A stretch of 63,266 nt of DNA, filler included, from Stramenopiles sp. TOSAG23-6 (taxonomy: Eukaryota), in NCBI GenBank assembly GCA_900128565.1. It is 10 parts of 10 records of this genome, joined end to end, with 100 filler letters (N's around TTAATTAATTAA, not from the genome) between each part and the next. Parts side by side here need not be neighbours in the genome. Positions count along the whole stretch, not along the records: positions 1 to 6,247 come from LT636736.1; positions 6,348 to 12,593 come from LT636737.1; 8 more parts are not named here. One strand, 5' to 3'. Shown here one piece after another: positions 1 through 11,219 of this stretch (position 1 is its first letter; each line of letters opens with the position of its first letter). Under the pieces are notes generated by a model. That model was not told the origin of the DNA and did not search any database. It worked only from the letters and a program-made list of their open reading frames with translations. The translations under genes and the position numbers were made by a program.

Positions 1-1240
1 GAAGCCTTTTTAGTTCATGAATTTCACTTGGAATTGGACCAGATAGGTTGTTGTTGTTCAACCACAACCATCCGAGATTTGATAGTTCACCAATTTCACT
101 TGGAATTGGACCAGATAGTTCGTTTCTATCCAAGTCCAAACTTTCGAGCTTTGTTAGTTGACCAATTTCTTTTGGAATTAGACCAGCTAGTTTGTTTCTA
201 TACAAGCTTAATTCGTCGAGATTTTTTAGTTGGCCAATTTCAGTTGGTATGGATTCAGATAGTTCGTTGTTACCTAATTTCAAAGATATTAGATTTGTCA
301 GTTCACCAATTTCCGTTGGAATTGGACCAGATAGATCGTTGTTGTACAAGTACAATTGTTCAAGATTTGTTAGTTGACCAATTTCACTAGGAAGTGAACC
401 AGATAGTTGATTGTTGTTCAAACGCAATTTTTCGAGCTTTGTTAGTTGACCAATTTCCGTTGGAATTGAACCAGATAGATTGTTGTTTTCCAAATGCAAA
501 TATTTAAGACTTTTTAGTTTACCAATTTCTTTTGGAATTGGACCAGATAGTTCATTGTTGTACAACCACAATGCTTCGAGATTTTTTAGTTGACCAATTT
601 CAGTTGGAAGTGAACCAGATAGTTTGTTGCCGCTAAAGTCCAATCGAGTAACACTTCCTTCAGTACACGTAATTCCATACCAGTCACAAATATCTGTATC
701 AGTTTTCCAATTTTCATGACGCTTCCAGCCATATACCTTATTTGTATTATCATGCAATACAGTCAAAGCTTCTCTTTCCAACAACATACCCTCTATACGG
801 TATAGCCATTCATCACGGCTTTCGTTTTCTTTCCTTGTAAGGGTGATTGTTGTTGCTTTGAAGTGCTTAAAAATTTCAAAAAACATTCGGTGAATTCTTT
901 GTACACGATGTAGCCACTTCAATACAGGTTCGCTTTCGGGTTTTTTAATAAATTCTTCTCTTTCTTCTTTGGTGTATGGTCCAATTTCGCCAATTTTTTC
1001 GGCGACTTCNATCATTAAGCGCTCTGCTTNTTNTGTATGAACGANCTTTAATGNGNCATTTATTGTCTTACTTGTATTCCAAAGAGATACATTGTCTCTC
1101 AGAGAGAGCATATATGTTAGGGTTGATACATTCCGTGAAATAGCAGCTTCTTCTTTTGATATCGCTGCTTGTCTTCTTCCTCTTTTTCCACGAAATTGAA
1201 TATTTGTTGTTTTTGTTCCTGCTGCTTCAGGAGTTTCCAT
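1..1240 (-). CDS. Leucine-rich repeat protein (plant/brown-alga-type 24-aa LRRs with N-cap), 3' partial
   Basis: Manual translation of the minus strand gives METPEAAGT..., then ...ERE ALTVLHD...WKRHENWKTDTDICDWYGITCTEGSVTRLDFSGNKLSGSLPTEIGQLKNLEALWLYNNELSGPIPKEIG. A 72-bp repeat runs over 1-630. The frame runs off the window start, so it is absent from the ORF track. Confidence 0.85.
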   Translation of the reverse strand, partial: METPEAAGTKTTNIQFRGKRGRRQAAISKEEAAISRNVSTLTYMLSLRDNVSLWNTSKTINXXLKXVHTXXAERLMXEVAEKIGEIGPYTKEEREEFIKKPESEPVLKWLHRVQRIHRMFFEIFKHFKATTITLTRKENESRDEWLYRIEGMLLEREALTVLHDNTNKVYGWKRHENWKTDTDICDWYGITCTEGSVTRLDFSGNKLSGSLPTEIGQLKNLEALWLYNNELSGPIPKEIGKLKSLKYLHLENNNLSGSIPTEIGQLTKLEKLRLNNNQLSGSLPSEIGQLTNLEQLYLYNNDLSGPIPTEIGELTNLISLKLGNNELSESIPTEIGQLKNLDELSLYRNKLAGLIPKEIGQLTKLESLDLDRNELSGPIPSEIGELSNLGWLWLNNNNLSGPIPSEIHELKRL

Positions 1241-1634
1241 GGCATGTACAACAAACGTTGTGTTATAAAGTACAACCAACAGAAAGAATACACATGTTGT
1301 TTTCATTGTTAACGACTTTATCTCTTTTACCTTGTTTTGTGTGTATAGTATATAGAAATTTTATGTAAATACTCGACGGTCGCCTAATTGGTTGGTCAGC
1401 TGATGATTTCAAACATGTAACAAATCCGCAAAATATCTGAATATTTCGTGCGTTTTCCAAATCGTACGAAAAAATGATACGGAATTGTAGGACGTTTTCA
1501 TTTTTTTCGGACGTTTTCCGTTTTTGAACAGGAAAGTTCCAAAAAGAAATTACGTTTCATTATTTTACAATAATCTTCAAGTTCAAGTTAGAAAATCTTT
1601 TTGTATATATATAGTATAAACTTGTTAAACAATC

Positions 1635-2319
1635 ATGGAACGTAAAGGCAGTGATATGCAATCCCTAGTGATACTAGTAAACCAATTACAAGACGCATTT
1701 ACACAACTAGGATATGATGCTATAAGTCTCCCACAGATTGCAGTCGTTGGGGGACAAAGTGCAGGTAAAAGTTCTGTTCTTGAAAACGTCGTTGGTAAAG
1801 ATTTTCTACCTCGGGGGAGTGGTATCTGTACCCGTAGACCATTGGTATTACAACTGATTCATACACCTGAATTGAAGAATCCTGTTGCGGAGTTTTTACA
1901 CAAAAAAGGTGATAAATTTTATGACTTTGATAAGGTACGTAAAGAGATAGTCAGAGTCACCGATGATGAAACAGGAACAAATAAAGGTTTGTCAGAAATT
2001 CCAATAAATCTCAAAATATTTTCAAGTACCGTGACTAACTTGACACTAATTGATCTTCCAGGTTTAACAAAAGTTGCCACTGGAGATCAGCCTGAAAATA
2101 TTGAACAAATTATACGTTCAATGATGATGAAATATATAAAAGACCCCAATTGTATCATACTCGCGATTCATCCAGCAAATACTGATATGGCAAATAGTGA
2201 TGCTTTAGCCATAGCGAAACAAGTCGATCCGAAAGGAAATCGCACAATTGGTGTTCTTACAAAACTGGACCTGATGGACGAAGGCACTGATGCTATGAAT
2301 ATCTTGACTGGGGAAGCAT
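1635..2319 (+). CDS. Dynamin-related protein, GTPase domain only (truncated at an intron)
   Basis: Contains [37 protein letters not shown] and TKLD. The coding sequence ends at the donor GCAT|GTATGT at 2320, and no downstream dynamin exon is visible. Confidence 0.9.
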
Positions 2320-2536
2320 GTATGTTTTGTTTCATTATGAATTTTTTTGTCTAGTTTGTTTTAGGTTCGAAATTTTGTACCTAATAATTTTTTTTTTTTT
2401 AACTTTCACTTTTTATTCATAAAAGTGAATATAGCTAGTATTATACAACTAATGTTTATATAGTATATATACTACAACATTGAATGATCATGAACAGCTG
2501 ACGACATCACCACAGCAGGTTTGTCGAGGTGGTTAA

Positions 2537-2647
2537 ACATTAAAAGTTTGAGTATATTACACATTAAAAGTTTGAGTATATTACACATTAAAAGTTTGAG
2601 TATATTAAACATTAAAAGTTTGAGTATATTAAACATTAAAAGTTTGA
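2537..2647. repeat. 25-bp tandem repeat (ACATTAAAAGTTTGAGTATATTA[C/A]), about 4.5 copies
   Basis: Directly visible, just downstream of the GRASP stop codon. Confidence 0.9.
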
Positions 2648-2653
2648 CTTTAT

Positions 2654-3652
2654 TTAAACACTAGAGATTTCATCTGCATTTTCAGTTTTTTTAGGTTCAG
2701 AATTGGAAACGGACGAAATGGTTGAATTAATTGTCAAATTATTTTTTTGCTGATCGGACGTTGGATGATTTTCACTTTCTGATATACTTGATGTATTAAG
2801 AGTATTGTGAGTAGCAAGGTTTGTTGTATTGTTTGTACAATGATTTGCTATTAAAGGAGAATTTTCCTTCCTATCTGCAATTTCATTAGGATTAGGGGTT
2901 TCATTAGGGTTAGGGGTTTTAGGGGTTGTGTCGTTTTCATTAGGGTTACTTTTTATTTGTTGATCTTTAATTTGTTTTGATGTTTTATTTACACTTGGTT
3001 GTATTGCTTTTGATGGTTTCAAAATAACACCATTTGTTGACCGACAACTATCAGGAAGTTTATGTAAATAACCCACACCAATATCACAACCTAAATGACC
3101 TGCACCTCCCCATTGGTCTGAGGGCACAATTGTTTTTATAGAAACTATATCCGTTTTTGAGTTATATACCCACAAATGAAGTGGTTCATACAAAAAATCT
3201 CGTACAAGATAGCTTAGTTCAGATGTATCACAAAGAATATCAGTAGTGGTTCCTAGTATATAGTCTGTATTACTTGAAAAACCGGCTTGTGCCGCAGGAG
3301 AATTTGGGACGACATCCAAAACTCTGAGAGTTGAATCAGACTGACCAAAAGTATCAAAACGAATTGTTATTCCTAAGAATCCTTTGCCACCCCAACCCTC
3401 TGCTGGTAATAGCGTACACATACGAACTGTGCGTGATTTTGTATTATACACAGTCAATTCTAAAGGTGACTTTGAGCAACCTGCAGCCCGGATTAAATTG
3501 AAAAATTCTTCTGTTTCTTCAGTAAACTGCTGACCATCACAAGCAATGATGAAGTCAAAAAAAGATACAAACCCAGCGGAATACCCAGGGGAATTTTCTT
3601 GTATCGATAACACACGATAACCCGTGCGTAAAGCTGACTCTGCTGCGCCCAT
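2654..3652 (-). CDS. GORASP: GRASP55/65 Golgi reassembly stacking protein
   Basis: Myristoylation-type start MGAAES, then GYRVL, SPG..AG...FFDFI, WGGKGFLGITIRF and WGGAGHLGCDIGVGYLHKLP (two GRASP PDZ domains), followed by a low-complexity tail. Confidence 0.92.
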   Translation of the reverse strand: MGAAESALRTGYRVLSIQENSPGYSAGFVSFFDFIIACDGQQFTEETEEFFNLIRAAGCSKSPLELTVYNTKSRTVRMCTLLPAEGWGGKGFLGITIRFDTFGQSDSTLRVLDVVPNSPAAQAGFSSNTDYILGTTTDILCDTSELSYLVRDFLYEPLHLWVYNSKTDIVSIKTIVPSDQWGGAGHLGCDIGVGYLHKLPDSCRSTNGVILKPSKAIQPSVNKTSKQIKDQQIKSNPNENDTTPKTPNPNETPNPNEIADRKENSPLIANHCTNNTTNLATHNTLNTSSISESENHPTSDQQKNNLTINSTISSVSNSEPKKTENADEISSV

Positions 3653-3890
3653 AGTAACAAATGAATGCAAAATAACTTTTTTTTTTTTTTTTTTTAACAA
3701 TAAAGTTTACTCGGGTTGTTGTTGTTGTTGTCGTCGATCGATTTTTTTGTCAAAAAAAAGTCAAAAAATAATATTATTTTTTAGCGCGCTTTTTCATTTG
3801 GAAATCCGATTTGATTTCCGGATATTGTGAATTATATTTTTTAATATCAATTATAATTAAAAATATTATCATTTTGTATTGTTTTTTTAA

Positions 3891-5336
3891 TTATTTTTTT
3901 TTAATATATTTTGAACCATCTTCAAATGATCCAAATAATTTATCTAGTGGAACCATTGGTGTACCATAATTAACTTCAAATTTTGCATGATGTAAATAAT
4001 GAAAATAACTACCTCCTCCTGGTTTGTCATAGCCATCCTATATTTTGGAAAAATATTTCAAAAAAAAATCTAAAAATTTCTTAGGTACGAAATTTCGTAC
4101 GAAAAAAAATTTGAAATTTGAAATTTAAAAAAAAAAAAAAACGTACATGTCCAGGTAATGGCGATATATCTGCATGAAATTTGTTGAAATAAAAGTGCAG
4201 TGGATGCAACGTAAAAAATAATGCAAGTATTGTACATGAATAATAAATAAAATGTTCCACAGGATGCAAATATTGTGAAAAAATATTTTGTTTGTAGTAA
4301 ACCGTTTTGTTTGTTAGGTACGAATTTTTTGTACCAAAAAAAAAAAAAATTATCAAAAAACAAAAATTCTGAAAATGTAATAACCCTAACCCTACATGCT
4401 AAGACCACTCCAAGGCCCAGGATTATGTATTTTGAAAAAATATTTCAAAAAAATCTTAAAAAAAATTGTTAGGTACAAAATTTCGTATGAAAAAAAAATC
4501 AAATTTGAAAAAAAATCTAAAAAATTTGTTAGGTACAAAATTTCGTATGAAAAAAAAATCGAATGTGAAAAAAAATCTACAAAAATTTGTTAGGTACAAA
4601 ATTTCGTATGAAAAAAAATAAAACATACATAACTTTTGTGATGAAGTGAATGAAAATGTCTATAGAGAAATGCTCCAATGTCACCCGTCCAAATAGAATT
4701 TTTTCGATTCCACCAAGGATGCATTACTCTATGAGCAAAATAAAAGTGAAAATCTCTCCAGTATGCAACAGCAGCTAAATGAAAAATACTCCAAATGGGA
4801 AATGACCAAAACCCGGTTTCAATTAACGAAGGTATTGCACCAATTGCCCATAATCGTATAAAGATACATTCATAGCATGTCGACATTAAAAATCCAAGGT
4901 TACAATATATCACTTCTCTCAATAAATGATCACTCTTTTCATATTGTTGAATTGAATTGTACTTTTTTTCTCTAAATCTTTCATCTTGGTGCCAAGGAGA
5001 TAAATATAAGATATAGTGCCAAAACATATATAAAAAATTTAGGACGAAGACATTGCGTATCAGTGGGATTAAGACCCAACTAAAGTCGTTGTCATCTTTT
5101 GCTCTTTCTATAGGAAAAGTATATTGAAAAGATATCAGGGAAATAACCAAATATGGAACAAGTCGAGTGTATCGAACTAATAATTCACCCGCCCAATGAC
5201 CTTTTGCGGGATCCAATCGTTCTTGACTTTTATTGGTTTTATTGGTTTTGTGTATATTCACTGTATTGCCTTTTTTCATGTTTGCCATTTGTAATATATT
5301 TCCAATTGGCCATGGTATAAGATTCAATAACATCAT
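3891..5336 (-). CDS. Sterol desaturase / fatty-acid hydroxylase superfamily protein; 4 exons (5336-4629, 4424-4396, 4267-4147, 4037-3891)
   Basis: His boxes HFYFAHRVMH, HSLHHKSY|NPGPWSGLSM|HPVEH and PGH|DG...HYLHHAKFEVNYG are restored only after removing 3 introns. Confidence 0.9.
4038..4146 (-). other. GT-AG intron of the same sequence family
   Basis: CAT|GTACGT...GTACGAAATTTCGTACCTAAG...AAAATATAG|GAT gives PGHDGY. Confidence 0.9.
4268..4395 (-). other. Non-canonical GT-TT intron
   Basis: AGC AT|GTAGGG...CACAATATTT|G CAT CCT gives SMHPVEH. TACCTAAC lies 45 nt from the end. Confidence 0.75.
4425..4628 (-). other. Non-canonical GT-AT intron with internally triplicated core (about 60-bp units)
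   Basis: TAT|GTATGT...AAAATACAT|AAT joins HHKSY to NPGPWSG. Three TACCTAAC motifs are present. Confidence 0.85.
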
Positions 5337-5678
5337 TCTTTTCTTTTATAAAACAATGTTTTATGATATAAAAAGAGAGAGAGAGAGAGAGAGAGAGAGG
5401 AGGAGGACAGTCTTTGGAATCAAAGGAGCGGAAAAAACCCTAACCCTAATGTCTTTCAAAATCATCACGAAAAAATCTGTAACTGTAAAAAAAATATCCA
5501 AAAAAAAATCTAACATTTTTCAACCGTCATCTCATCCTTCTCATACAAAAGAAAAACATACAATAAAAAACTTCTTCATTGTATGAGACATTCAAAGTCT
5601 CTATTTATACAAATAACAACAAATCATCGAATGTCTTACCATTACAATACGCTATTAAAGTGCATTGTATCATAAAAA

Positions 5679-6247
5679 ATGAACAACGAACCAACAAATT
5701 TCAATGAAATCAGGACAATTGAAAAAAGTAGTGTTTCTTCCCACCAACACATTGCAGCAATTGAAATACAAAAACGATTCCGTGGTTCCCGAGAGCGATT
5801 ATGGTACCTTGATTACATACAAGCTGTCACTGAAATACAAGCTCATATCCGTCGTTTTGTAGTGATGCGACGTATCAGCAATTTTATAAAGGAACAAAAC
5901 AAAAACGATGCGGTAATTGAGATTCAAAGTATTGTTCGAGGACACCAATGTCGTACTGGTTTTAAAAATATATCTCAAGATAATTCTGTAACATTATTAT
6001 TAAAAAATGCGTTGAAGAAAGTGAATAAACGTGGAGATAAAGAAGCAATGAAAACATTTCAAAATTGGACAGACGTTGGTTTATTAGAAGCAATCATTGA
6101 CGTTTGCAATCAGAGTGATGTACGTTGTATTTTTTTTTTTTTTGAATTTTTTTTTTGGTTTTCATACGAAATTTTGTACCTAACGAAAAACCAAAAAAAA
6201 AAAAAAAATATATTTTCTCAAAATACAGACTTGTCTTTTTGAATCTT
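5679..6247 (+). CDS. IQ-motif (calmodulin-binding) protein, 3' partial; GT-AG family intron 6120-6228
   Basis: Three IQ motifs: EIQKRFRG, EIQAHIRR and EIQSIVRG. Intron GAT|GTACGT...AAAATACAG. Confidence 0.75.
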
Positions 6248-6347
6248 NNNNNNNNNNNNNNNNNNNNNNNNNNNNNNNNNNNNNNNNNNNNTTAATTAAT
6301 TAANNNNNNNNNNNNNNNNNNNNNNNNNNNNNNNNNNNNNNNNNNNN
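6248..6347. other. Artificial contig linker N-TTAATTAATTAA-N (also 12594-12693, 18931-19030, 25268-25367, 31605-31704, 37938-38037, 44271-44370, 50603-50702, 56935-57034)
   Basis: Identical 100-nt spacers with stop codons in all six frames. Contig lengths fall from 6247 to 6232, so neighbouring contigs are not genomically adjacent. Confidence 0.97.
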
Positions 6348-6449
6348 TTTTTTTTTTTTTTTTTTTGCCCAATTTTTTTTTTTTTTTTTTTTTTTTTGTA
6401 CGAAAATTTGTACCTAACAATTTTTTTTTAAAATATTGTCTTATACATT

Positions 6450-7494
6450 AGGTGGCGTTCTTGATATATTTTATCCACGTTGGAAGTTAAAAGTAACATT
6501 AGAAAACACGAAATATAGAGATGCCGCGGCTGATCTTTATGATGCCACGTATGGTTCCTATTCAAACAGTGATGAAGATGATAGCCCTAACCCTAATGTA
6601 GAAAAAAATGTAGAAAAAAATGTAGAAAAAAATGTAGAAAAAAATGTAGAAAAAAATCTAGAAAAAGTTTCATTTCCAAAATGTGAAGATTTATGGAGTC
6701 ATCCATATGGGCCATTAATATCTCAAGATGAAGAATGTTCCGTTTGGGCTCATGTTGATCGTATTGGATTTCGTGTTCCTGATAAAATTTCATTGCTTTT
6801 TTCAAAAAAATCAAAAAAAACACAAAAATCAAAAAAATCAAAAAAATCACAAAAATCACAAAAAACAAAAAGTAAATTTTTTCCGCTTCAAAGATCTCTC
6901 ACTCCTCATATTGATTGTTGTCCAAATGACCTTTATGGTGGTGGTGGAAAAAAAATCCCACGATTTAGACCTATACAGAGTTTATGTTTGTTTTCATTAT
7001 GAATTTCTTTTTTTTTTTCATACGAAATTTTGTACCTAAGATTTTTTTTTGAGATTTTTTTTTGAGATTTTTTTTTTAGATTTTTTTCCCATCATTTCAA
7101 TTTCATTTTTTTTTCGTACCAAATTTTGTACCTAACAAATACCGAATTTGATATATTGTAAAAAATGTGGTATCACTAACAGATACAAAAATGCCAGATC
7201 AAGGTGGTTTTGAAGCATTTAAAGGATTTCATCAAATATTTTCTGATTATTTTAAAACTGTTAAAAATAGAGCAAAACAACAAAATTTTTCAAGTTCGGA
7301 ATTAAGTACGGAATTTTGTACCAAAAAAAAAAAAAAAAAAATAAGACCAGCTATTTGTGTAGGAGATTTTAGTCCATTTAGACCACAAGAAGATAAACAC
7401 GTTATTGAAGGAATTTCTCATATACCAATTTCTGCTGGATCTGTTGTTTTTTGGGATCAGCGTATTCCGCATGTACGTTTTTTTCATTTCATTT

Positions 7495-7539
<45 letters not shown>

Positions 7540-8020
7540 TCCTAAAAAAAAAATTTTTTTTTTTTTTTTTTTTTTACAATAGATATACATTTTGTATTGT
7601 ATACCAAAGGATTTTTTGTTTTCAATTTCGAATTTGTTTTTCAAAAAAAAAAATATTTGATCTAACAAAAAAATCAAATGTAAAAAAAAATATTTTTCAA
7701 AAATACATGCAAATTCACGATATAATACTACAAATCATGCTAGACAAGTGGTTTATGGTGGATTTCTACCAAAAGTAAAAATTAATGAAAAATATGTGCA
7801 TGAACAATTGATTAATTTACAATTAAGACAACCTCAAACAGATTTTTGGTTGGAAGAAACCCTAACCCTAAAAGTGGAAGAAACCCTAACCCTAAAAGAA
7901 AAAAAAAATTCTGATTATTTTTTGAAGTCTTCTCAAAATAATGTAAAAACAAATGTTCAAGATTTTGAACCGTCTTTGAACGAACATGCCTTGGATTTAT
8001 TAGATTGTTCATTTGTTTGA
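6450..8020 (+). CDS. 2OG-Fe(II) oxygenase (PhyH/Gig2-like), 5' partial; introns at about 6980-7167 (boundaries unresolved) and 7473-7708
   Basis: LTPHIDCCP (HxD), RPIQS..SLTD..GGFE..KGFH and AGSVVFWDQRIPH|ANSRYN...RQVVYGGFLP. Confidence 0.75.
7473..7708 (+). other. GT-AT intron
   Basis: CCG CAT|GTACGT...GATCTAAC (42 nt)...AAAATACAT|GCA AAT, in frame with ORF 7748-8020. Confidence 0.8.
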
Positions 8021-8103
8021 TATTCAATGTATTAAATAAATTTTTAATTTTTGACATTGGATTTATTCAATTTATATACAATTTAAATTTCAACACCCTA
8101 ACC

Positions 8104-9390
8104 CTAACCCTTGGAGTAATGTTTTTCAAGTAAATTCTTTGATATTAAAAATACAGAATTTTGTATTTGACAATTTGGATGTTTTTTCAGGAACAAAACT
8201 GCGCTTAAACATTGACAGTTAATCATATGCTGCCGTATATGAGAGGAGACTTCTATTTTTGTTTTATTAGGGTTGCGGTTTACTTCTATTTTTGTTTTAT
8301 TATCAATACATTTTGAACTTAATTCTTTTGTACCATTTTGATGTTGGACAGGATCTTTTTTTTTTGTATTATCTATTTTATTTGTATTGATTGTATTATT
8401 ATTATTGTCACTAGCATAATCTTCAATAGCACTCAATATGACAAGAACACGTAAACACATAATTAAAAATGATTCATTAAAAATATTCGGAGAATTCGTG
8501 ACAAATGGTACATTTGAAATTNTTTTTTTTTGTTTTTTTTGTTGTTTTTGTTGTTGTTGTTGGATACCCATTTTTGATGTTTGACTACTATCTACCGGTA
8601 CTACTAAAGAATTATAACCATTACAAAAATGTTTTCCTGCTGTAGCAATAACACTAGTTAAAGTACCAATCAATCCAGTATGTGCTTCAGGAACCACTAA
8701 TATTCTACTGTGGTGAGGCAATCTTTTACATAGTTTTAATAGTAAAACTAATGAAAATGTGGCAAGATTTTCCATTCTTTCTGTATTTTTAGTACCAATG
8801 TTTGTACTTGATGCTGTAGGATCTGTAGAAATCATATTTTGTCTATGTAAAGTTTTAGCAGATTGTTGTACGAAGATGGCAATAGCATAGCTAGGAATTC
8901 CAGATTCAAATATGTGTGTTAATTGTGTTTGAGAACACCCATCTATCAACCATCCAAGCATATAACAAGCATCCGTATGTGCCCACATATTAGAAGACTG
9001 TAACATTTCTAGAGAAGCAGCAATAAGTTGAAACCATCCTGAATAGTGACATATTTTTTCACAAACAGAGGGACACATTGCAAGACAACCTATCACATTT
9101 GCTAACAAGTTCTGAGTCTGCCATTTCACGCGACCATCGGTATCAAGGCAATAATTTAGGCATTGCATACTCATATGGTTTTTCTTCTTACAAGCAGAGA
9201 ACATATCAAGGAGTTGTATCCCCACATTCTCGAAAATGAATGAACGTGTTGAACAAAACTCAGCATGGTCCGGTTCACGTATCTCACATACTTGCGATAA
9301 TGCGTCAGTGAATTGCGCTACACTTGAAGGTGACTTTATTGCCTTGCAAATACGAACAATACCTGGTGGTGGAACATACGTCCACGTCAT
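8104..9390 (-). CDS. Hypothetical helical (ARM-like) protein
   Basis: 428-aa intronless ORF with Leu/Ile-rich amphipathic helices. No family motif recognised. Confidence 0.65.
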   Translation of the reverse strand: MTWTYVPPPGIVRICKAIKSPSSVAQFTDALSQVCEIREPDHAEFCSTRSFIFENVGIQLLDMFSACKKKNHMSMQCLNYCLDTDGRVKWQTQNLLANVIGCLAMCPSVCEKICHYSGWFQLIAASLEMLQSSNMWAHTDACYMLGWLIDGCSQTQLTHIFESGIPSYAIAIFVQQSAKTLHRQNMISTDPTASSTNIGTKNTERMENLATFSLVLLLKLCKRLPHHSRILVVPEAHTGLIGTLTSVIATAGKHFCNGYNSLVVPVDSSQTSKMGIQQQQQKQQKKQKKXISNVPFVTNSPNIFNESFLIMCLRVLVILSAIEDYASDNNNNTINTNKIDNTKKKDPVQHQNGTKELSSKCIDNKTKIEVNRNPNKTKIEVSSHIRQHMINCQCLSAVLFLKKHPNCQIQNSVFLISKNLLEKHYSKG

Positions 9391-9699
9391 GTTGGATAAA
9401 TCTCTACTTTATTATAATTTATATAGTAAAGCTTGTACTGTAGTGTTGCTCTACTGTGCTGATGGCAACACCATCAATCAAAACAGTCACAGTCACACTG
9501 AACAAATCGGAAATAAATTGATAAATTGAAAAATTGGGTATCGAATATTTGAGATTGATATCTAGTTTTTGAAACATATTTTCACTCAACAATCAATCTT
9601 GCATCATATTAATAACAAAACCTCGATACTACAGAGGCAAGTGTATTACAGCACAATGGAGAATGTAGTCCTACCCATACACAAAGCCTAGTCTGAAAT

Positions 9700-10510
9700 A
9701 TGGGTAATGAGTCGAGCAGTGGAAAAAACCAATATGTAAGGCGAACTCAAACACCTGAGGTACAAGGCTTCGTACCTTTCGAATCCTATGTAAGACACAC
9801 AGCAGTCGTCGCGCTTGGTTTCCAAGAACCATTTGTCCTTGCTGATCACACAGTAAATGTTGAAGACACTGAAATTTTCACCTCATTTGTCAAGAACCTT
9901 TCAGATTCTGAAAATATTATGGGTCGCTTATCAGGTGGGCATCGGTACCGTTTATTCACAAACAATGACGATAGTAAATCTACCATGTATGTTGCTGGCG
10001 AGCCTTTGTCAAATACAGCTTGCTTAATTGTATACGTAATTATTGCCGATCAACGAATCTCAATGCAAGAAGCAACTAACATATTTGATAAAATGATTTC
10101 TTTTCAGAGAGATTCAACGGAGCAAATTCGAAAATGGCTTTCCTTTCGAGCAAAAAAGTATGTACGTTTTCATCATGAATTTCAAATTTATTTGTTTTTC
10201 ATACGAAATTTTGTACCTAATAATTTTTTTTTGCGGTTTTATTCAGTGACGTTTTTCATCATGAATTAATTTTTTTTTTGGTATAAAAATTTGTACCTAA
10301 CGAAATTCGATTTTTATTTTAACAATACATAAGCTTCAAGAACAAATATTAATTGGTCAGGAAAGAGTTGGTCAAGGTAATCATACTGAACATGCTAGTT
10401 CTGTTGTGACAAATGATGAAACATCAACCATGCCTCATGATCTTGTCAAGGCAGCTTTACAGAAACTACTGAAGAAAGTGTCTGCTGCCAAGGTGGGTAA
10501 CAAAAAATAA
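9700..10510 (+). CDS. Hypothetical protein, possibly N-myristoylated and longin-like; GT-AT intron 10162-10330
   Basis: Start MGNESS. AAG TAT|GTACGT...AACAATACAT|AAG CTT continues for 59 codons to TAA at 10510. Confidence 0.65.
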
Positions 10511-10626
10511 CTACAAAAATAACTACAAATATAAAGAGTAAGTAACAAAAAGGCCATACAATAAAATCCTTTTTTTTTTTAAATAAAATCCTTTTTTTAG
10601 TTTTTTTTAGCTATTTTTTAGCTTTT

Positions 10627-10917
10627 TTATGAGACCGCAACAAAATTGTTTTCGGTGCGATCGCGCCATCCCCATTCGTTGTCCGCGTCTGCGTATGTAA
10701 CTTTGTGAGAGTACACAGCCCAGCCAGCTACGTCTCCAGCCTCGACGCGACAGAGGATCGTTCCGCCGTCATCACATCTTACCCGCTGCTCACCGACATG
10801 GACTATAGTACCACAGGGCAGGTGCGCGAGCAGTTTGGACTTGCGCGCACGTAAGCAACGATTGAGGTCCGCCTTGGCGCGGACGTCGATACCTTCCTTG
10901 TTGTTCACGCGATGCAT
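10627..10917 (-). CDS. Small GC-rich ORF, possibly SH3b-like
   Basis: 96 aa with pattern IDVRA...LAHLPCGTIVHV...LCRV...GWA. GC is about 60% in the counted lines, against AT-rich flanks. Confidence 0.5.
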   Translation of the reverse strand: MHRVNNKEGIDVRAKADLNRCLRARKSKLLAHLPCGTIVHVGEQRVRCDDGGTILCRVEAGDVAGWAVYSHKVTYADADNEWGWRDRTENNFVAVS

Positions 10918-11219
10918 ATTGTCGATTAGACCATTTAGAGTTTTTGATTAATGATAGTATCAAAATATAATAGGTAGTTAGGTAATCGCAAAGTTTTACT
11001 TGTCAGTTACTACCAATTTGATTTTACTGAAGATTTTTTCGTGGAATTAAAAATCAAATCTGATGTTTTTTTCTTTTTTTTTGCGTAATACTAATCATAT
11101 TAATATATATATAGTAGGTCCAAAGTAGATATACTGATACAACACGACAGTGTTATATTGAAATTACGAATATATTTTATAATTATTTCAATTGAAAGGT
11201 CTTGGTAGACGAAACAAGC

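Noticed and set aside
1-630. CRISPR-like repeat/spacer pattern
   Set aside because: The 72-bp period encodes 24-aa LRRs on the minus strand.
4070-4593. Short F/K-rich ORFs ending TKFRT, TKFCT or YEILYLT (many across the window)
   Set aside because: They are translations of the intron consensus, not proteins.
4425-4628. Interpretation as U12-type AT-AC introns
   Set aside because: There is no ATATCCTT donor, the branch-to-acceptor distance is too long for U12, and junctions without the AT duplication (11684, 4146, 31295) require a GT start.
6248-6347. TTAATTAATTAA within N runs as a biological motif
   Set aside because: It is a synthetic six-frame stop linker.
5679-8020. IQ protein and oxygenase as one gene (likewise the FHA gene and the exon at 37883)
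   Set aside because: They lie on different contigs that are adjacent only because of length sorting.
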